Assembly: GCA_963836205.1 (NCBI GenBank) | Contig: CAWIIV010000002.1 | Location: 1 to 41,681 of the forward strand | Length of the DNA stretch: 41,681 bases | Source of the DNA: an uncultured Acidimicrobiia bacterium | GTDB lineage: Bacteria > Actinomycetota > Acidimicrobiia > Acidimicrobiales > AC-14 | Direction of reading: 5' to 3' | Shown here: one piece after another, positions 40,553 to 41,681 of the stretch | How the letters are laid out: every line of letters begins with the position of its first letter | Position numbering within the stretch: position 1 is the first letter of the stretch | The notes under the pieces: generated by a model | What the model saw: only the letters and a program-made list of their open reading frames with translations | What the model was told of the DNA's origin: nothing | Databases searched by the model: none | Position numbers and translations under genes: made by a program

Positions 40553-41309
40553 CCCGACTCCGCCGTTGCTTCTCAGCGCTCCGGCCGACAGCGTCGTTGC
40601 CCGCACCATCCTCGCCCTCGATTCCCTGCCAGCCGAGCCCGCCTGGGTACTCATCGGTGGCGTTGCGGTGTTCCTCCGTCTGGGAGCCGTCACCCGACCG
40701 ACCGCAGACGGTGACACCATCGCCCGCTCCCAACGACAACTCCTGGACCGGCTCGATGGCGACGCTGCCATCAAGGTGATCAGCGGCGGGAAGCTCAGTA
40801 TCGAGACGAGCCATGGGCCCGCGAAGGTGGACGTTATGGATCTCGCCGATGATCCGCTTCCGCTGGACCAAGAACGTCGAATGTTCGCCCTCGCCCGCCG
40901 AGCTGCCCTCGCCAGCGCAGCGCCCAGTCGGGTAGTTGTCGACGACGCAGGGCTTGACGTTCAGATCCCCCTCGCCACGATCTCCAGCCTCACGGCCCTG
41001 AAGACCGTCTCGGTGGTGCGCCGCCCCCACGGCGGACATCCGACCAAGGTCGGCTCCGACATCCATGACCTGGTCCGCCTCGTCGCCACAGGTGCCGACC
41101 GGATTGCTGCCGAGCTTTGTGCGATCGACTCCGAGCTCGCCAGCTGGATGGGGGCGTGTATTGAGCAGTACTTCGACCGTGACCTCCGCTACACCGCGAA
41201 GCGGCTCCGCGCGTACGATCGCTCGCCCGGCGCTCTCGCGCTCACCGATGATGAGATCGCAGCGACAGCGACCCTCGGGGACGCAATTGTCGACTACCTC
41301 GGCCCTTGA
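40542..41309 (+). CDS. AbiEii-like nucleotidyltransferase toxin
   Basis: WVLIGGVAV...RPTADGD (GG + DxD), KVD, L.ALK, K..SDIHDL; overlaps the antitoxin stop. Confidence 0.78.
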   Translation: MSGSPTPPLLLSAPADSVVARTILALDSLPAEPAWVLIGGVAVFLRLGAVTRPTADGDTIARSQRQLLDRLDGDAAIKVISGGKLSIETSHGPAKVDVMDLADDPLPLDQERRMFALARRAALASAAPSRVVVDDAGLDVQIPLATISSLTALKTVSVVRRPHGGHPTKVGSDIHDLVRLVATGADRIAAELCAIDSELASWMGACIEQYFDRDLRYTAKRLRAYDRSPGALALTDDEIAATATLGDAIVDYLGP

Positions 41310-41326
41310 CAGCTCAGAGTCCCTGG

Positions 41327-41680
41327 TCAGCCTCGGCCGCCGCTCGACCGCGCCGGGCGACTCTGACGAACGACCGACGGCCGGTTGGTCTCGGGCGCCC
41401 TCGCGCAGGCGATGCATGTGGTTGCGGTCGGATGGGCGGCGTGGCGCTCGGGGGTGATCGCGACCCCGCAGCGCACACACGTGCCGTACGAGCCGGCCGA
41501 CAGTCGCGCCTCGGCCCCGTCGAGGTCGGCGAGGCGAGAGCGGGCCTGGTCGAGGAGGCTCGATACTTGGGCCCGTTCGAAGCCGACGGTCGAACCCTCC
41601 GGGTCGTGCTCGTCGTCGGCGTTGGAGCCGGCGGACGCGTCGATGATCGCGTCGAGGTCATGGGCGAGATCCGCGATATG
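41327..41680 (-). CDS. DksA/TraR C4 zinc-finger protein (5'-truncated by window end)
   Basis: ...NADDEHDPEGSTVGFERAQ...SYGTCVRCGVAITPERHAAHPTATTCIAC; absent from the ORF track. Confidence 0.88.
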   Translation of the reverse strand, partial: HIADLAHDLDAIIDASAGSNADDEHDPEGSTVGFERAQVSSLLDQARSRLADLDGAEARLSAGSYGTCVRCGVAITPERHAAHPTATTCIACARAPETNRPSVVRQSRPARSSGGRG

Positions 41681-41681
41681 G

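Overview
High-GC actinobacterial chromosome segment; gene content and frequent leaderless starts suggest an Acidimicrobiia-like organism (inference). 1-1.9 kb: 3' end of an ISAzo13-family IS, an orphan ORF and a decayed duplicate of an ion-channel 3' end. 1.9-33.3 kb: mostly housekeeping genes (TauE, CASTOR/POLLUX-like channel, purU, UbiA + phytol-kinase-like operon, S9 peptidase, frameshifted disulfide oxidoreductase, HsdR-N nuclease, Rpf, two divergent ABC-F ATPases, cold-shock protein, two-site cupredoxin, asd-lysC, two cyclophilins, S51 peptidase, SET protein, acyl-CoA carboxylase beta/epsilon, 5'-3' exonuclease, VOC, recR-ybaB-dnaX, SRP RNA, tRNA-Ser(GGA)-tadA-tRNA-Ser(CGA)). Directly after tRNA-Ser(CGA) a visibly lower-GC island begins. 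It holds an IS481 remnant, two tandem leaderless ~59-aa peptide genes each behind a LexA-like box, a DUF6338-like membrane/Sm-fold protein, an AlbA_2/Schlafen-domain protein, a third LexA-like box, a ~1030-aa caspase (C14)-Ski2/Hel308 helicase fusion with intact catalytic motifs, and an AbiE-like type IV TA pair, followed by a partial DksA/TraR gene. The best candidate for an undescribed system is the putatively SOS-regulated peptide / DUF6338 / Schlafen / caspase-helicase module. All family calls are from motif recognition by eye; no searches were run.
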